Part shown: piece after piece, positions 13,928 to 26,950 of the stretch
Layout: each line of letters opens with the position of its first letter
Position numbering within the stretch: the stretch's first letter is position 1
Origin: Pocillopora damicornis
Lineage: Eukaryota
Length of the DNA: 64,000 bases
Assembly (NCBI RefSeq): GCF_003704095.1
Contig: NW_020846063.1
Span: 124,001 to 188,000 of the forward strand
Direction: 5' to 3'
Notes under the pieces: model-generated
The model's input: the letters and a program-made list of their open reading frames with translations, nothing else
What the model was told of the DNA's origin: nothing
Database searches by the model: none
Program-made: the position numbers and the translations under genes

Positions 13928-14040
13928 ACGTCGGTGGGAGAGTATAGCAGGTAATTTTGTGTTAACAAAAAATTGGCCACCGTAAAGAGTAAAAAGCCTA
14001 ATTTACGTTTTCAACTCAGTTGTTGACACTAAATTACCTA
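13890..14040. mobile_element. Internally deleted copy of the palindromic Penelope-type repeat (family of 44012-44305)
   Basis: Shares AATAAAGGGG..AAGTTTC.AAAG, CGTCGGTGG, GGCCACCGTAAAGAGT and TCAACTCAGTTG blocks with 37655-37835 and 44012-44305. A further fragment lies at ~16730-16825. Confidence 0.65.
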
Positions 14041-17000
14041 TTGTTTGCCTATGATAAGTTACGTTCACAAGTTACCCGATGTTACTGACTCTACAGGAAC
14101 ACCAATAATTTTAATAATATATATTGAGAAGTGTCGTTAATTAGCTCCTGTAATTAGGACATTTGAGCACTCGCTTTGCTCCTAATATCTGCCAAACTCT
14201 TCTGTACGTACATTAGTGTGTGCTTTAGCACGTTTGCCCTTCTTCTTTTCACAAAGATGAGAATCGTTCCAGGATATAGCAATTTTTTTTAATAAAAACC
14301 AGTCCCTGAGATCACCCTCTCGATAGTAAAAGTGTGTAACAAGAACTTTTAGTCTACCTCTAAGCATAAGTTTTTAGCAACCCTGTTTGCAGTTTTTATC
14401 CACCCTGAGCAATCTTGTTGCTCTGAACAAATGAGTTCAAGCAAGAACCTAGGAGATTATAAAACATATTATTTTGTTTTGTGTCTAATTTAGTTTTAGT
14501 ATTCAATGCCCTTCGCTATTCAAAATATTCGCTCCGCGTGCTCGATGTAAATTTCGGTATTAGACAGGCCTCCGGCTGAACAGAACCGTGGCTGAGAAGG
14601 TATCCCTCGAAGAAAACTTAACAAAACTTTGTAAAATAGTTCTTATGGATGGTAAAATTTACTTTCAATTTTCATGATTTTAAATATTTTCAATATTTTT
14701 ACGTGGTTAAATAACCACCGCAAGGACCAACAACAAGCGTTCGTTGAAAATTTACGATAATGAGTAGTTAAAGCAGCCACGTTTTCAGTTTACAAATCTT
14801 TTGTTTTCCACTGTCCGTAAAACAAAAGAAGAGTCGATAACATTTATGATAATAATAGAGAGCGGAAGCTAGATTGCTCAAAGAAACTCTTGTTCTTTGT
14901 TTGCATGATCCTATAAAGTAAACAAGTGCGTGTCACTGCTTTAAATTTAATCAAAGCATGTGGTATTCACTAAGTCGGAAGGATCGCTCGCTAAACATTG
15001 TTTAATGCTGGAGAATTTTGCTTCATCGATGTAGCAGTTGATTAGTTGGTGAGTATACACTGCCACTTACATGCATATCTCTTATTTTGTCTATTACACC
15101 ATATGAAGTTCTTGATCTGTCCTGAAATCCAGATCAAAGTCAACAAATCTGGCCGCCTAACACGCCTCACCATTCAAGAAATCGGTGATCTTGAAACATC
15201 AGGTAATCAGGAACCAGTTTCGTGCCATTGCCTCGACGCAGCCTCCCATTTGTAAGTACAGTAGTTGTATTTACCCCTTAAATATGGCTCACATAAAAAC
15301 AAAAATCTATGCCGTTGACCTGTTAAGACGCTTTGATAGATTCTATGGTTGCTGGTTAAACATAAACATTTATTCTGAAAGGACTGAAAGAGGTGCGCAT
15401 GCAAGTGTTTCAGAATATTATTCCAATGGCATCGTACCTCAATCGCATCTCAGATGAAACTGTCTCTCAAATTATTGTTTGCTCGGTAACAAAAAATGAA
15501 ACGTTTCTTTAATAGTAGTTTTAACAGTGCTTATTTCTTCACAAGATAAAAATTGCATATTGTATTTCACAAAGTAAGACGTTAATAGTAGTAAAAAGGT
15601 CGGAAATGATAAAAATATGGAAAATATTCTTAACTCTCAACGCTATCTTGCATTAAAAAAAATTCAACGATTTAAAAAAGAAGTTTTTTTTTTCGCTTGG
15701 GGGAAATGACAGGAGTTGTTTCCAAAGTATATTTCATCTTCTTTTTCCTCTGCAGTCTCTCAACCTCTTCTGCAGGTTGCCACGAACGAGATCTCGTGCT
15801 GGCCAGTCTTGCTGACCGAGATGAAATATTAGGGTGGTGTTCCAAACTTAGAATAAGCCATAAGTTATGATTTATGATTATTACACTGTAGGGCTTGAAA
15901 CTGTGCAGCTTTGATTGAGTGTGCTTTTGGTTTAAGGAGATTTGCCTACATCGAAAAATTTCTAGAATTTTAAATGAGACTTTTGAGCAATGACTTGACA
16001 TATCGAAGTATTCTAGTCAATAAGACTTAAGATAAAGCTAAATTCGGAGGTAATCTGGGTAATCAGGAACCTTCAACCTTTTCTGTCATGAAGAGTCAGT
16101 TTTGTACGTTCTTGTTGTACATTTTTATATCACGGTGTAAAAGTATGTGTGTAAAAAGTTGAAATCTTACTACATAAATTAAAAGACCTTAAGAAAAAAC
16201 TAGTAACGGCAAGAGGTCATGTGCCTCCTGCTATGGAGGGATAAGGTGTTGCAATAAATTTTGGGCTATGTACACGGGTTTGTTTTTGGAGTAAAAAGTG
16301 TATCCTTCTGAAGGTAAAATTTCCAATTTGTTCCTACCCCGGAACAGACAAATTAGATCAAAATATCAAACAAAATGACGGTATTCTGAAAGTAATTTGA
16401 GTAGGTGACACTCACTTAGAAGGTTTCGCAGGAATCTGTGAAAATAACCAAAGTTGAATTTGAGGTTTAAAAAGACAGCTTCTTAATGAACTTATTGCTT
16501 ACGACGCCGACAGAAACTTAACCCGAAATCATCATTGCTTAACTAAAGGTTACCAGACCCACACACTAATCTCCTGTCTCACCTTCGTTAGCACCTCTGT
16601 TTCCTTTCACTCCTTTTATATGCTTTGTTTTGTTGACTGCGCAAGTAGTGAATAACTGTTGTCTATTTTTTCTGACCGTATTTTCCTGGACGTTAAAAAT
16701 GAAAAAAAGCATACCAAGTTGGATTAAGGTTTAATTCTATTTGATCATCTGAGTTGATAATGTAAATTGGCCACTGTAAAAAGTTCTAAAGCGGACGCTT
16801 CGAAGGTCAGACCTTTGTCAGAGGTTTACACTCGTACTTAAGCGTATTTTTGAAGACTAAAGAACCTATCTCGTTCCAACCTCAACAGAATACGTTTTGA
16901 GATTTAATCTCTACAAGTTTCATCGAACTTCGAGGAGTCTTGGGGATCCTGCCTAGGATTTGACGTAAGTTACACAGACAAAACTAATTAGTTATTTGTT

Positions 17001-20000
17001 TTCTAAGCAATTTGTCAAATTTGTATCTTTGGTTTTCTTTGGCATACGATAATCACATATTCTTTTAGATTTCACCGCAAGTGTAACAGTGCATATCCTC
17101 TCCGCTGTCTCATCCACGAAAATTTGTATAGACTGGCTGATCTTTTTTCTTGTTTTGACGAAGCCTCGTTTGAAAAAACGATGAAAACTTATCGAAAAAA
17201 CGAACATGCAGTCAGAACGTTGGTGCGAAGAAAAATGCAACCAGAGGTCGTAGTTGCTCCAGATAAATTGATTTCAATCGTACAAATGAGGAAAAAATAT
17301 TCTACTTTAGTGGCAAATACGTAAGCTTTTTGTGATCTACAGATAATGATCTCTGAGTACACTTAGGGAGGGTAAAACTTTGATTATTAAAACCACCCCA
17401 CATCTCCAGCTGATGGCTGGCTTACAACTATTTCCTGAAAACCAGTAATAAACTGAATTATTTTTAAAAAAATTTTCAAAACATCTGCCCGAAGAAATGT
17501 TTATGGACTTAGGGGAATTGTGATCTGATAGGCCCTAATTTGTGTAAATTTCAAGAGAGAACTAAATTAAGAAACTTGCTGCTCCGCGGATTAAACCTCT
17601 CTTTGTTTTTCAGCATCATTTCGTGTTTTTTGTTCAGTTTCGTACACGTGAAAAAAATGTTTCCGTTCTTATCCTATATTAACATATTGCGTTTTCCAAT
17701 TTTGAGCTTGCTGTGAATTGTGAGTCGCTCGAAAAATATTTCATAATTTACTTTCCGTTTTCATTACTTTGAGACTGTTTAGGGATTGAGACTCCTCTAG
17801 ATAAAACACCTTCAAGAACTCACCGAGATAAGGGAGGAACATATACAGTCATCTGGTTAATTATACGTGGATAAATAGAAAATACACGGTAATGACAAAG
17901 GACGTCAGAAAAGATATAAATAAAGAAATGGAAAAACGGGCCGCAAAGTTAATTAGTACTCGACGGGTAGTCCGAAGTTTTGTGTCGTTTCCGTAAATAG
18001 AGTAAATCGTGGCACGAAATACTGACCAGAACATCCATCAAGTCAAGAATATTCGTTCGATTTGGCAAGGTAATCGTAAATTTTGTTTCTTTTTAAGGAT
18101 ATGTACGTAACAATTGAAACCAACCAATTTTTAAACCATGGAGCTTGTGGGAGATTGCTTGTTTACCCGGACGTAGATCGTAGAGAAATTTGCCGCTTTA
18201 GACAATACTGAAAAACGAAAAAAATTTGTGTTTTTACAAAATCTGTTAAAATGAACTCAGTAGTTTTGGTTACTCTGGACTCATCAACACAGCCATCTCA
18301 AAATTAAATTTTCTTGAGTTGTCGGGCATTTTAAGAGGGGAAATTTAATCGGCCAGCATCGAAGTACTGAGATAAGTGTGATGAAGCACTAAAAGAAAGT
18401 AACCGTTTCGTTCCTTTCTTCTTTGAATTTTTATCTGCGTTATTCCAATGGTTTCAGTATCGTGAAACTCTTCATTTTATTTCCACCTTGCTTCGTCTCT
18501 TCACGGGAGGCATTTTGGAAAATAGCAAACCAAAATTATTTATAGATCTTTTTCATCCGGTAATTCGACTTGATTGTCAAAAATTTAATCAGCCACAAAG
18601 CTTGTTTAGAGTTTAAACCTTTACTTCGCCAAACAAAATCAAGCAGGCTTTTGGTGGTCGATGGAAAACGAGGTGAAAATGTTGACCGAACCGAGAGGGA
18701 AATATGGTAATTTGACTAATACAACGTTTGAGAGGCCGAAGCGATGCTGAGATAAGATTTATTGTTGACAAAAGTAAAGTACGATAGGGTGACTGGCACG
18801 CTTACAACATCTCGAGAAAGAGATTGTGTTCGCGAAATATTTCTGTCGGTAGCTTTGTTGACATTGTTTCTGTGAACCCCGCGAACCATGTTATCGAATG
18901 GTACTACAGCTGAAAGAAACTTGGATTTCGGTGTAACAAATCAAAATAGTATTTGCCGGAACCAAAAAGCTTGTTTTGCAAAATCGCAATAGAGTTAGAA
19001 CAAAGAAATTCCATCCAAATCAGGGTCATATGTTTCCGCGCGGTCAAGCAGCACACGCCAAGCCAAAATAATTCACTGTAGAAGGATCGAACATGAGAAA
19101 TTTCTGAGCGATGGCTGATTTTATATTAGGAACAATATAGTTGTTAGACATAACTCTTGTATGAGAACAATAGTTGGGTAAGATGCTCTTTGACAAGCCG
19201 CGTATAATTGTTTTTCTTGACATGTTTTTTTTTCTTTGGTAAAAAACTGAGACATTTGTCTTTCAAATTATTCATTCAACCGCCAATGAAAAAAATTGGG
19301 CAAATAGCTCATGTTAATTTCTTAGACGTTAGACGAAATAAAAAAAAATATTAAAAACGTCTCAAATAAGCGCTTCTACTCTGTTTTTTTCCTTCAAGCT
19401 TGTCTCGAGTTCTGACTTTCACGTGTAAGGAGGCTTTGGCGTGTCACTCGAGGTGTAAAAGGATTCCAAATGTCCTTTTAATGAGATAAAAATTTTTTCA
19501 ACCAATTCAAAATAATGTCTTTTTGTACAACATTTTCCACCTGCAATAGCTAACAATGTATCATTATGATCCCACCCGGAAAGTTGGTCCTGCAGTTAAT
19601 TTATCAACTACCTTCAAAAACGATTCATCTATTATTCTAAACAGTGGGGTTTATAAATTTCGAAGTTGTATGGGCGAAAATCAGGAAAGTTAATTCATCC
19701 TAAATCAATTTATGTTCGACAGAAGGTTAAAGCGAATAGCATTCGTCTTGCAATCATTCGGTTTTCCTCTTAAATTTGGCTTACTTATACAATCGGGACA
19801 TACCAGATTATGTATAGTTGCGAGAAAAAAAGTTGAACTAAAGGAATAGTCAAGGAGTTAAGGTATTTGTTTTTTCATTTCCTATCAATTCATGAATTTT
19901 TAAAAATTTTAAACTTTGGGCGATACAATGGCAGTTGCGTTTTCAAAAACAGTCCATGGATCACGCTCCTATCCTATCTAATTCTTATTAAATTAAATCA

Positions 20001-20783
20001 TCATGGTCTACATCTCTGCTTACGTACAGTCGTGAGTACAAAATGTGGCGCACGCAATTGAATTTTTTTCCGTAAAGTTCCCGTCCACGTTAACGGCGAG
20101 ATCCTACACCTGCATGCTTTGTCTTCTACTGATGTTAGTGTTCGTCAAAATAACATTAAAGTAGTCGCGCAGGATGAAACTGCAAGTTTCTTAAGGTCCG
20201 TCTTCATAAAAAGTGAACGGAAATGCCAAATCGAAAACTTTCTTCAGGTTATTCAAATCGGCAAATTTTCCATCGACAACTTGTTCGAAGAAACCATTTT
20301 TAAAGGCAAATTTGAACACGAACCACAGAGACCTTTGTATCCACTGGATCGAAAAATTAATTTGTTCATGCTCAGTTGTAGTTTTGCTAGGAAAATTTGA
20401 TGAGCACTCACGAAACTTTAGTCGGTCCGGGCTGTACCTCGAGCAGCTCTTATTCGTTCCCTCCAAACTCTCCCGTCCGTATACATACCTCGATGTACGA
20501 ATACCAAACATGAACCAATTTTTATGTAACTTACCTCTGATATTTCTGAACCATCTCTAACTCCCATCTTGCAAAAAGATCAATTTATATTCAGCATCAA
20601 AGCGAATCGTGATGGCTATCGGAGGGTAATCGAATTTCTTTGTATCTAAGTAATTGAACGATACGTGTTTCAAGCTGTCAAAGTCGAGGCAATAATATTT
20701 CTCAAAGTCGGAAGATTTGACAGGTTTTTTTTATGTTTTATTTCGATTTCATTTCAGGAGCAGCGAACAAACAACACGTCATT

Positions 20784-21905
20784 ATGTCCAACATTAATTG
20801 CTCAACCAACACGCAGATGACCTCAAACTGTACAGATCTGGGAACAAAGCGAAGCAATTACAGCACTCCTTATGTAAACGGGATGACATTTTTCTATATT
20901 TTAATCATCGCCACTTCTCTAACAGCATACGGAATCGTCATCGCAACTGTTTGCGTCAATCGGCGTTTGAGAACGACGTGCAATTATTTCATCGTCAGTC
21001 TTGGAATAGCGGATTTAATGATCGTTTCCATGGTTATTCCAATAGGCATTGGCTTGATTCAGGGAACATTCCGCTTCAAGTCAGCCGAACAATGCGTATT
21101 TTTGTCTACAGTGAACTTAGTCAGCCTCTCAGCCGTGTCTTTGAATCTTTGCACTGTAAGTATGGAGAGGTACTTCGCTATTGCCTTTCCCTTCAAATAC
21201 GAGGCATTCACGACGACCAAAACCACCGCGGGAGTAATAGGCGCTGTTTGGGCGTATTCATTGGTTGCCGCTCTGTTACCGATGATGGGTTGGAGAGCTC
21301 GGCCTGCAGCGCTTCGAAACAATGTCTGCCTCAATGACAACGTTGAAAGCTACACTCTCTTCATGGCCATAGGAAGTTTCTTCATTCCTGCGTTCATTAT
21401 GTTAAGTACAAACACAATTGTTTATCGCATCGCCACGAGCCAGGCGAAGCGGGTTTTTCGCATCGTTCCAGTAATGGGTCCAAGCGCTGAAAAACTCCGT
21501 AAAAATTTCCGAGCAGCGAAGCGCATTTCTCTCATTGTGGGTGCGTATCTCCTTTGCTGGGTCCCTCATATGGTGGTGCTGGTAATGGGGCTTATTATAG
21601 GGGCACGCAACATACCACTTTTTGTGTACCCAATCACTTTGTCCCTACAATACAGTTGCTCGGCTGTGAACCCATGTCTATTCTGTTTTACCAACCGAGA
21701 GATGAGAGGCACATTGAAAAGACTTGCATGGAGAGTCTTACGAAGGACACCCAACATAACACATTCAAGTAATGGAGGCTTGGCGCTAGAAAGGAGGCGA
21801 TCCACTGCTCACAGAATGAGCCAAGCTACAGATATTTCTACTTTGGGAAGTAAAGGCGACTCAAAGACAACCGTAGGGGTATGCCCTACAGATTTTTCAG
21901 CTTAA
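20784..21905 (+). CDS. Class A GPCR, biogenic-amine/adenosine-receptor-like orphan, 373 aa
   Basis: Seven TMs, with NYFIVSLGIADL, C3.25, ERY, W4.50, FFIP, CWVP and NPCLF. N-terminal glycosylation sequons are present. A splice acceptor (TTTCAG, ends 20757) just upstream favours ATG 20784 over the track's 20733. Confidence 0.93.
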   Translation: MSNINCSTNTQMTSNCTDLGTKRSNYSTPYVNGMTFFYILIIATSLTAYGIVIATVCVNRRLRTTCNYFIVSLGIADLMIVSMVIPIGIGLIQGTFRFKSAEQCVFLSTVNLVSLSAVSLNLCTVSMERYFAIAFPFKYEAFTTTKTTAGVIGAVWAYSLVAALLPMMGWRARPAALRNNVCLNDNVESYTLFMAIGSFFIPAFIMLSTNTIVYRIATSQAKRVFRIVPVMGPSAEKLRKNFRAAKRISLIVGAYLLCWVPHMVVLVMGLIIGARNIPLFVYPITLSLQYSCSAVNPCLFCFTNREMRGTLKRLAWRVLRRTPNITHSSNGGLALERRRSTAHRMSQATDISTLGSKGDSKTTVGVCPTDFSA

Positions 21906-22031
21906 AAAGAAAATGATGGAAGCCACTTCCAAATTTGAACCTTCTTCTTGACCAGCATGAAAATGGATCAAGTAATACAACATTTACATGGACCGAAAAT
22001 ACGGCTTTTGCGACAAAAGTTGCCTCATCAG

Positions 22032-22082
<51 letters not shown>
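22032..22082. repeat. (CAT)17 microsatellite
   Basis: Read directly from the sequence. Confidence 0.95.
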
Positions 22083-22083
<1 letters not shown>

Positions 22084-22370
22084 TTTATTTCCTTTATTTT
22101 AACAATACAAAAATTTATTCACAGCATTAACAACTAGAAGGCGAGGAGACCCAGGAAGCCACCAGGCTTATGGGAGAGCCACCTCACTTACAATAATAAA
22201 TCAAGTAAAGGAAAATTGCTGCGAATGTGCGGCTCGGCCAATTCACTGATTATTTAAGTAAAAACTCTTACATTTTCGTCTTCAAGCTTAGAAGGTTTGA
22301 CGAACGAGTGAGTGAAACAGGAAGAGAATTCCAAATTTTAGGACCTTGGTAGAGAATTGTAAATTTCTTG
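22032..22370 (-). mobile_element. 5'-truncated CR1/L2-group LINE 3' end with a (GAT)n tail
   Basis: Minus-strand KFTILYQGPKIWNSLPVSLTRSSNLLSLKTKM, a 3' hairpin AAGCC-TGGT-GGCTT, AATAAA, then the (GAT)n run. Confidence 0.75.
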
Positions 22371-24790
22371 GAGAAGGGTATGAGCACCATGAAGATCAGT
22401 TTTACTGGTGGTCATTGTTCACTGTTGCTCCAAAGGCGAAATCTCGGAATAACATTTTTCATAAGCTCGGCAATCGTGCTGGGACAATTGCAACTTGAGA
22501 AATAAAAAACTGATGAGCGGCGGGCCAAACGACTCTACTTAAATGGAACCTATTCCGCTGCAATTTATGCAGGTACACATCTTAATGTCAACTTGCTGTG
22601 CTAAAGACTCGAACTGGTCACCAAATGTCGCCATGAAAGCAAATATTTCGAAACCGATAGCAGAAAACACGATTCCACCGTTCTCACATTGTAAATTTGA
22701 AACTTAAACGTTAACTTCTGCTTGCCAGAAATAAATTTCGTTTGATGATTGCTTAGTGCGTAAATTCGAGTTACAACTCTCCGTTTTTGAAATCTATATT
22801 TTGCTATGCATAGAAATCATAGCGCACGGGAAAACAACCTATGTACATTCATTGTTCGAGGAAAAATAATAGAATTTATATATGTGTATGTGGGTGTGTG
22901 TTTGAAATGTTATATGTACTCGTCTTAGAAAACTTCCGAATGAAGCTTTACAAGTTTCGCAAATAAAAGTTGCTTACCTAGGCATCATATCTAGCGAGAT
23001 ATTTCATTCGTTTAGTCTAGATGTATAAATGCGCATAAAATTTCAAAAGAACCGAAATTCGCCCTCTTTACGTGGGTGGACGAAGAATTAAAAACAGGTG
23101 TTAAAGGTCTACAGGAACCTTTTTGTAAAGATTAAAAAAAAGGAAAATACACGATACCGAAAGATTTCTATGTTTGACATTTCTCCATTTGAGGACAGAA
23201 TTAGATTTACAGGACCTTCTTTTGCACTTTCCTGCCTCTATGCTTGTACACGTTAGCATCAACTGTGGTTTTATTTCTTCTTGAGATTAGTCATGGAATT
23301 AGCCATGAATAGTAATTTATGAAAAGGCGGGAGGCTTGATTTGTTACCACTAGTAACTTTTATTTGCTTTATGATAACTGCCTAAACGTATTGTTATGAA
23401 CAAATAAAGGTAATGTTAAAACTAGGTTCAATCTGGCTGTAAATGTAATTTGAAGGAAAACACAGCTGTTCTTTAGTATAATACTCTCAAGGAGATGTAC
23501 CTTTGAGCTTCTGGGCGGCGAAGTCGTAACGTTTTGATTCAATTCTTTTACTCTAGTAGAAGCGTTAATTGAAAAACTTTTTTACCGTCCGCCTTTATCT
23601 AACCGGGCTGAAAATTTGCAATCAAAGTTACCAGGAACAAAGCACTGACGAAACCTTAAATGTTAAAATTGGTGTGTGAAGAAAAATTTGTCTTTTTAAA
23701 ATTGAATTGTTTTATAGACATAGATATGAAAATAAATGCTGAAAGAGGGTACAAAATTATGTAATTATAATCTTTGCATATCTATAAATTTGAGGGTAGA
23801 TATGTAGGGAGAGATGCGTATGCATAACACTGTAAAAAAGGTGATAGACCAACTGTAGATATAAACAGATTTAAAAAGTATTCATCCCTTCTTTCCTAGG
23901 TAATCAGGGTTAAATGTTTCTCTAAAAACCAACTTGAGCTTGTAAACAAATAGTAGAATTATCAGAATTATATTATGCGAAAAACTGCAAAATTATACGC
24001 CAATTTTTTTAGACATATCAGAATAGTCTAATAATCTGATTCAAGAGCAATAAACAATGTAATTATGAATGAGACATTCTACAAGTGTTTAGCTGACAGA
24101 TGTCACTCGTGATAAGACTTTAATGTACAGGGAAGTTCTTGGTAACCAGAGGGGAGAAATATGAATCGGAACAGTGAAGGATTTAAGATGCAGAAGACCT
24201 GTACTGACTTTTGAACCAAGAATCAATGACGTGCAGAATATGTAGGCCATATTCCTTAACATGCACAAACAATGATTTGATCGGCACTGTATGATATATT
24301 TTAAAAATCAATTCGATGATGGGTCAATGCTTTCAATTATCAGGCATTTAGCAAAAATATTAAATAAAGGGTGTTTGAAAATACCATAGAATTGCCGTGG
24401 AGGCCTCCTACAGAAAAACCACCTTAATTTGTCTAATGATGATTTCTTGCCTAAACAAACATTTTGCACGAACATTAATCTTGTTATGTTGAATGCAATG
24501 AAATAAGAAGGGCGGGATTACGAATTTTGGGTTTTGAGCTTCATACAAACACAAAAAGTTACTATTAAGATTTTTTTTAAAAGACATCGTAGTTTTGCTA
24601 TTATGACTTTTGTACCAGAAAACTTCTTTTATTTATTTAGTACCGACTGAAACTTCTATGATGTTGTTATCGATACACCGAATAAAACAGGATGTTGTTC
24701 TATCTATACACCCGTTTTCAAGAACGTTGCAATTTGAAAATACATATATAATATATACATCGTTTCTTGTCTCATTAAAAGAGACATGTA

Positions 24791-24798
<8 letters not shown>

Positions 24799-24830
<32 letters not shown>
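24799..24830. repeat. (TA)n microsatellite
   Basis: Read directly from the sequence. Confidence 0.95.
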
Positions 24831-24832
<2 letters not shown>

Positions 24833-24833
<1 letters not shown>

Positions 24834-24915
24834 GAAAAAACAGAGACTATACTTTCATCCCTACAAGCATATTTCGTGATTACTCACTCATAAGGGGATT
24901 TTAAAATCCCCTGAT
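24833..24915 (-). mobile_element. Penelope-type relic with a degenerate type I hammerhead ribozyme motif
   Basis: Minus strand: TCCC-CTTATGA-GTGA GTAA TCAC-GAAA-TATGCTT-GTA-GGGA, adjoining the palindrome AGGGGATTTTAAAATCCCCT. Confidence 0.55.
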
Positions 24916-25044
24916 ATGTATATATCATATCAAAAGCTCCCTAAGGCTTCCTCATAGCATGTCTACTAGATTACTTGGTGGGAGCTTTAACTGTTTGCTA
25001 TCTCTTCCCAAGGCAACGTGATGTACGCGCGAATGACCAGTTGA

Positions 25045-25520
25045 TTGATAACGGTAATAGGATCGAGTGGAGTCCGATTCGGTCTGTAATCATACGTGTG
25101 ATTAACAAAATTGGATGACAGCGAGGCGGGAGTCCTATTTGTCGATGACGAGTGTGATTACAGACAGAATTGGGCGACACGAATTCCTGTTACCAATTAA
25201 AAATAACCGCTTCAATTTCCGGAAAAAAAAGGCTTACATTAAGGACAAACATCTCCGGTAGAGACAATGTCCGAAGTAAAAAAAATTTATCTGTTTTGGA
25301 AATTCCTCAGTTTTTCGATGGTTGTTGCTATGGTTATTGTGATCAATTCTGCGATTGGTGGATTTGGCTGAGTGGACTTACTATGATTGGCTGCTTCAAC
25401 TGTCCGATTACAGGTGTCCGATTACAGCCAACTTCCCGATTACAACTGTTCAAAATGATAAGTGAGAAATAAAGCAGCTAATGCAGCAATCACATTTGAG
25501 GAAATTGTAATGGTTATGGT
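25045..25520. repeat. Interspersed repeat with an imperfect long hairpin, probably a non-autonomous DNA element
   Basis: GGTAATAGGA...TCTGTAATCATAC...ACAAAATTGGA is mirrored by TCCTATTTGT...GTGTGATTACAGA...TCCTGTTACC. Confidence 0.55.
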
Positions 25521-26014
25521 TTTGATTATCATCTTTGCAAGCGTTAACCGGATCATTTAAAGTAACCATATGTTTGACAATATCCTATATCGTTTAGTCA
25601 ACAATTATGTTACTCAAGGTAGCTATAATCCAACCCGCCTTTAGGAGTCTGTTCACTTTTGATTTCAATAGAGTTGAATCAACTCACGTTCTGCTAGGCG
25701 TTCATTATTGCCCCCTTATTCTATCTGTCTTCCTTAAGACTAAGCCCTGAGGAACGTTACAATATGCACAATAACAACAGACACAAGATGAGGTTTCAAG
25801 ACAACGTTTATTTAAAACTCAGATAGACTGACGGCCAGACAGTTAAAAAAATTTCGGAGAATGATGGCTATTTTGATGTTGAGAATTCTCTTTGTACCCA
25901 AGCAAGTAATTGCTTGCTTCTAATAAAATTCTCACGGCCGAATCAGTAGCGAAATAGCTCACAAAGTATAATGACGACCACGACATACCAAGAGGTAAAC
26001 ATGTACATATCGTT

Positions 26015-26950
26015 TTAGGCTTGCTTCCTATAATTACAACGATTCCGATCAATTATGTCCTTGACTGCTTGTCTCATTTCTGTCATCTTCCAGCAGTAGA
26101 GAAACGGGTTTAAACTTGAATTCAAGAGCGCAAGAGATCCTGTGTATCTTATGACAATAACATAAGATACGGCACTATATGGAAAAAGAGTTTCAAAAGA
26201 TAACATTGCATATGGAAGATAGCATGTAAGTAATGTTATTTGGACCCACATTGCAGCTGAAACAGTTTTTTGGTATTTTTCAATGTTCCATGTTGGGATT
26301 CCTTCCCTGTTCCGTTGTCCGATTTCATTATCATTATGTTCTATTTGGGTTCGAAGGCGAAGATAAATTCTCATGTAGCAGTAAACTGAGATCATTAAAC
26401 ATAACAAGATTATTGCTGATGTTACATTTGAAAAAAATAGAAGGCCAGTAAGTTGCTTCATCAGAGGGACGCTTATACAGAAGAACCAAAAAAAAGCCAA
26501 GATTCCACCAACTCGCCTCAGTTTAACAACCTGTCTATATCGCATGCTTAGAGACAGAGCAAGAAGTCTGTCTACACTTATTGCTGTCAATGTCATCAAC
26601 GAAACTCCACTGAAAACAATGCCTGAAATGCCTACTACTGTTCCAATGTGGTTGCAAATTTGTCGCAATTCGTTTACTTCGGTAATCAATTCAGCGGCAA
26701 ACATTGGCTGAGTGATGACACCAACGCAAAGATCAGTGAGGGCAAGACAGCGAAACATCAGCTTTGATGGCGGATGAAGGGAAGACTTTTTCTGAAGGGC
26801 AATGAGTATCAAGACATTTCCCAGGCATGCAGTAATAGAAAAAATGAAGTTTAATATAGCAAGAAATATGCTATGATGTAATCCAAGCACATTTTCGCAA
26901 TAAAGGGCACCAGCTGCCATTTTGGGTCCATTTTCAGTGATGTTGGACAT
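26015..26950 (-). CDS. Class A orphan GPCR (melanocortin/adenosine-receptor-like anthozoan expanded family), 311 aa
   Basis: Intact ORF with GN in TM1, LHPPSK, LALTD, SVDRLLAL, CYLP and NSSLNPFLYCWK; paralogue of 34029-34964. Confidence 0.93.
   Translation of the reverse strand: MSNITENGPKMAAGALYCENVLGLHHSIFLAILNFIFSITACLGNVLILIALQKKSSLHPPSKLMFRCLALTDLCVGVITQPMFAAELITEVNELRQICNHIGTVVGISGIVFSGVSLMTLTAISVDRLLALSLSMRYRQVVKLRRVGGILAFFWFFCISVPLMKQLTGLLFFSNVTSAIILLCLMISVYCYMRIYLRLRTQIEHNDNEIGQRNREGIPTWNIEKYQKTVSAAMWVQITLLTCYLPYAMLSFETLFPYSAVSYVIVIRYTGSLALLNSSLNPFLYCWKMTEMRQAVKDIIDRNRCNYRKQA

Noticed and set aside
12726-20700. Short ORFs in the long interval upstream of the first GPCR
   Set aside because: No domain motifs, mostly non-ATG starts and no consistent exon chain; treated as non-coding DNA or UTR introns.
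20798-21337. 179-aa alternative-frame ORF and other overlapping or antisense ORFs in the GPCR, PAN-EGF and patatin exons
   Set aside because: These are shadows of real coding sequence, with no recognisable motifs or splice support.
21948-22130. Poly-histidine ORF
   Set aside because: It is only a translation of the (CAT)17 microsatellite/LINE tail and starts at TTG.
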